From Candidatus Phoenicimicrobium oleiphilum (lineage in GTDB: Bacteria > Atribacterota > Phoenicimicrobiia > Phoenicimicrobiales > Phoenicimicrobiaceae), in the NCBI GenBank assembly GCA_039638295.1, contig JBDIWJ010000013.1, forward strand, positions 1 through 37,677: a DNA stretch of 37,677 nucleotides. The letters run 5' to 3'. Made by a program: the position numbers and the translations under genes. The notes beneath the pieces are model-generated. The model worked only from the letters and a program-made list of their open reading frames with translations, made no database searches and was not told where the DNA came from. This document shows, piece by piece, positions 37,449 to 37,677 of the stretch; position 1 is the first letter of the stretch, and the number at the start of each line of letters is the position of its first letter.

Positions 37449-37475
37449 AGGGGAGTTTACTCCCCTGACAATCTT
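37449..37475. repeat. Family A copy 7 (left end only, opposite orientation)
   Basis: AGGGGAGTTTACTCCCCTGACAATCTT is the reverse complement of AAGATTGTCAGGGGAGTAAACTCCCCT. Confidence 0.88.
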
Positions 37476-37557
37476 TTTAACTATAAAAGTATATTATCTC
37501 TTATTAAAAAATGCAAATTATTTTTTATATTTTATTGTTTTTCTGAATCATACTTTT

Positions 37558-37677
37558 TTAGTGAATTGTTATCTTTAATAATTCTGGCTTTTCTTTGCAC
37601 TCCCTTTCAAAGGCCTTTTCCCTCATCAGATTCTTATAGTCTTTTTCTTGAAAAGAATACTTAAAGTTAGTGTGGAT
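37558..37677 (-). CDS. 3' end of an upstream gene, possibly an acetate kinase with C-terminal extension
   Basis: Open frame IHTNFKYSFQEKDYKNLMREKAFERECKEKPELLKITIH*. The identity rests on my recollection of long-form AckA C-termini and on the common ackA-(yceD)-rpmF order; no catalytic motif is in view. Confidence 0.4.
   Translation of the reverse strand: MHTNFKYSFQEKDYKNLMREKAFERECKEKPELLKITIH

Noticed and set aside
8715..37475. Family A or its palindrome as CRISPR repeats
   Set aside because: The copies are kilobases apart, not regularly spaced by unique spacers, and no cas gene is present.
732..37664. All plus-strand ORFs in the track and the nested minus-strand ORF 3171-3368
   Set aside because: They overlap well-identified genes as antisense or alternate-frame shadows and show no recognisable motifs.

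Overview
A very AT-rich bacterial chromosomal segment in which every supported gene lies on the minus strand. It is the conserved Terrabacteria-type housekeeping run, read in transcription order: (probable ackA 3' end)-rpmF-fapR-plsX-fabH-fabD-fabG-acpP-fabF-rnc-smc-ftsY-ffh-rpsP-khpA-rimM-trmD-rplS-rnhB-yraN-comM-rpe-der-plsY-DUF362/4Fe-4S-topA-xerC-hslV-hslU-rpsB-tsf-pyrH-frr-ferredoxin-uppS-cdsA-dxr-rseP-ispG, then the start of a V/A-type ATPase operon. The host looks like an anaerobe; Atribacterota/JS1-like is my impression only and is untested. I see no tRNA, rRNA, CRISPR array, transposase or prophage. The unusual content is non-coding: most larger intergenic spacers carry copies of several small structured repeat families. 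These are (A) a roughly 90-185 bp element with a long inverted-repeat stem, an internal CAGGGGAG-N4-CTCCCCTG hairpin and a trailing GAGCATCGGAATTT..AAATTCCGATGCT palindrome (7 full or partial copies); (B) AATTAGTCGTTAGT-capped and CAGRAKY heptamer/octamer arrays; (C) an element bounded by 20 bp inverted repeats around a GTAG-REP-like palindrome; and further long hairpins. The modules nest, invert independently, split a terminator and overlap stop codons. Other points are a 56-aa ferredoxin missed by the ORF track, a tandem FapR-like operator, and a divergent SMC.
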